From Candidatus Omnitrophota bacterium (GTDB lineage Bacteria > Omnitrophota > Gorgyraeia > Duberdicusellales > 4484-171), in contig JAIPGM010000001.1 of the NCBI GenBank assembly GCA_021735655.1, positions 128,001 through 192,000 of the forward strand: DNA of 64,000 nt, written 5' to 3'. Below the pieces are notes generated by a model. It did no database searches. It worked only from the letters and a program-made list of their open reading frames with translations, and had not been told where the DNA came from. The translations under genes and the position numbers were made by a program. Numbering within the stretch: the first letter of the stretch is position 1; each line of letters starts with the position of its first letter. Below are positions 57,501 to 60,500 of this stretch, piece by piece.

Positions 57501-60500
57501 AGTTGGCTTGTTAATAATGGATTTGGCGATAGGGTTAATAGCGCTAGATATAGTCGAAGTAGAACATTAAGACGTCAAAAAATAGCTCAGGAATATGAGC
57601 CGATTGCTCGCTTATTAGATGGTGAAGGCAATCTTTTACAGACATTTTATACCCATATTTCTTGGAAAGAGGTATCTGCTTATCCTTTCGCTGTTTTAGA
57701 TGAATTAGAAATCCAAGCTACCGAAGTTTTAAGTTATGGTGGTAAGCAATGGGGTCAGTTTAAGGGGCATGCTGGCCATAGAGCTCGGATAACATTGGAG
57801 TGGGGCTATCCAATAGAAGTTGCTATGTCTAGCAAAAGAGGAGTTGATCAAGGTAGCTATAGAGCCATGCAGCTTAGGACCTATCAGTCAACTCTTTTTG
57901 ATAGAGAGGGGGAACTCTTAGATACTGCTTTTTTCGTTTTTGGTTACGATGAAGATTTATGTCGGGGAACAACAAAAGTTGTTAACTATCAATTAACCAA
58001 GGCTGGAAGAATTAGTATTTTTGGTGATGAACAAATACAGCTAATAAAACATAAACAAGCCTGGGCTAATTTAGTTGCAGTGGATGGAAAGGTGGTCAGG
58101 GCTACCATTCTTGATAGAGAGGGCGGGAATGAGGTTATTACTTATAATTTTTCTCGAGTGTATGATGAAAACAACCGAGTAATTTACACTTTTACTGGAG
58201 GTTTAGAGTTTAAGCAAAGCAGTGTGCCGCCTGCGTTGTTGAAATCTTTAGCTAGAGGAAGAATTGAAGGTATTTACCTAAAAGGTGGTCGTGGCAACTT
58301 AACTATTGGCGGCAGAACTTGGGTTGTTTTAAGTGACTATAAAAATTATCCATGTAGGGCTTATATTGAAGAAGGGCTTGTGGTCAGAGTAGAGGTTTTA
58401 GGTGAAGAAGGAGAGGCTGTTTTTACCAAGCATTCTCACCGCCTTTATGATAGAGAAGATAACTTTGTCGAAGTATTTTATGATTCTATTTCACCAGAGC
58501 GACTTAACCAGGTTGGTTTGTGTCGTAGCAGTCCACTTATTGTGACTCCTTCAGGAGAGTTATGCTTATCTGGAAATCGTTATACTTTTGAAAATGAAGG
58601 CGGCTCTAAGGCTATTGTTTGGATTGAACCCGGAGTTAAGTTCACCAGAAATAGAAAGCCGGATGGTAAAGCAGTTAGAATTGATTTTTATGATCAATAT
58701 ATGCATTATAAGCATACCCGTTATGCAGTCAGAATCTATGAAGATGAAGGAGTTTTAATTGATACTTTTTTTGGTCCAGGATATGCTGAGAAGCTAAAGA
58801 TTTTTGGTGATGTAATTGGCTTTGCTCAACTCGATACGTTAGGTTCTCTTAATATTGGCTACACAACCCATACCTTTACTAAATATGGTGACCCTCGACA
58901 TTTTGTTAGATTTAGTCTACACCAGGCTCAAGTTCTGGATGTAGATGTTCTTGGCCATGACTATTGTCATATCGATAGAGTTGGCTTTGACGCTTGGCCT
59001 GATATGGCTATCGATCACTTTGAAATGGCCCGAATTGTTGATGAGCAGGATCAGCTATTACACACTTTTTGGTACGGTGTTTATTCAGAACGGATTCCCA
59101 ATAGAGGTAGAGCTAGAATTTTAGGGGCGACTTTTACTGCCGGAGGTCACCTGCGACTTGGTAACGAAGATGTTTATCATGATGCGAACTTTCCCGAAGC
59201 TAGAGTAAATGTTACTTATATTGACGGAGAAGTAAGTGAGATATTAATTTATCAGGATGCTCAAGGCAACTCAGTAAATTATCATTATACTAAAAAGCAG
59301 ATAGATAATTATAAGCGCAGAGTGCAATATTATAATCTGCGCGGTCATGTATTCGAGCATGCTTTAAGAGTTGCCTTACCTTTTTTAAGCGACTGCCCTT
59401 TTGATTATCAAAAGCGCATTGGTGGTGAAGTTGATGGGTGGGTTGATGGTGAAGCTGAACCAAAGCCAGCTGATTCCAGATCACTTAAACGTCCAGATTT
59501 TACTAGTCCTTTTAGCTGGGCAATGAGTGAAGGGGTATTGTGCTATATTGATGCTAAATTCAATCTTAGAATTAAGTTTTTAATAGAATATCTAGAGGCA
59601 ATTAAAGAGACTTTAAGAACTGATTATTTTACTGATTGTGATGCCCCAGTTGAAACACATTTTGTAGGAAGAGTTATATTTGAGATAGTTTATTTAGGCA
59701 GAGTAAGTGAAGCTAATGTAGAGGCAAAGTTAGCTGGTCATCAGAGAAATTTTTCAGCTACCAATTCTGAGATGCTCACCTTGAAACCAGTTAGCTTTCT
59801 TGATGAGTACGGAGATAGGCTTAAGACCGCTGGTCAGGATACTTTAGTAAGGTTTCTGAGACATCTGAGAGTTTTTCATTATAAGCCAGGTCGCAAGAAA
59901 GCCTTAGATAGCTATTTAGCCCAATTAGAACAGGATAAAATTCCCGAGATAGCCGATGAGCAGACTAATCTTTTTTCAAGGCCGCTGGATAATGGCCGAG
60001 AAAGATTATTGGTTAGTAGCGGTAATAGTCATTTAAAAAGTTTTCGTGAGGCGAAAGGTTTATTAGCAAAATTAAAATGTACAGACATTTTTGGGGTTGT
60101 CATGGGTTATCGCGCTGCCTTAGCTGATAGAGATAATTATCAGAGAGTATTTGCTCGTGATTCTGTTTGGATGGGGTTAGCCGAAATGCTTTCCGGCTGT
60201 AAAGGTAGTTTAGCTTTAACATTAAGCGTATTAAAACATCATCAATGTCGGTACGGACAGAGACGCGGGGCTATTCCGAGTAACATTTCAAGGTATCATC
60301 GGGTAAGTTATGGGACAACTAGCCCAAGAATTGATCCAACCCTTCTTTATATTGTTAGTTCTGGCCAATATTATCGGTCCAGACCAGCCTATTTTCAAAA
60401 ACAGTTTCTCGTTGAAAATTTATCGCCGCTACAAAAAGCTATAGCATATTTAGAAAGACAATGGGTTATGGATAACGGTTTATTGTTTATTCCGATTGCC

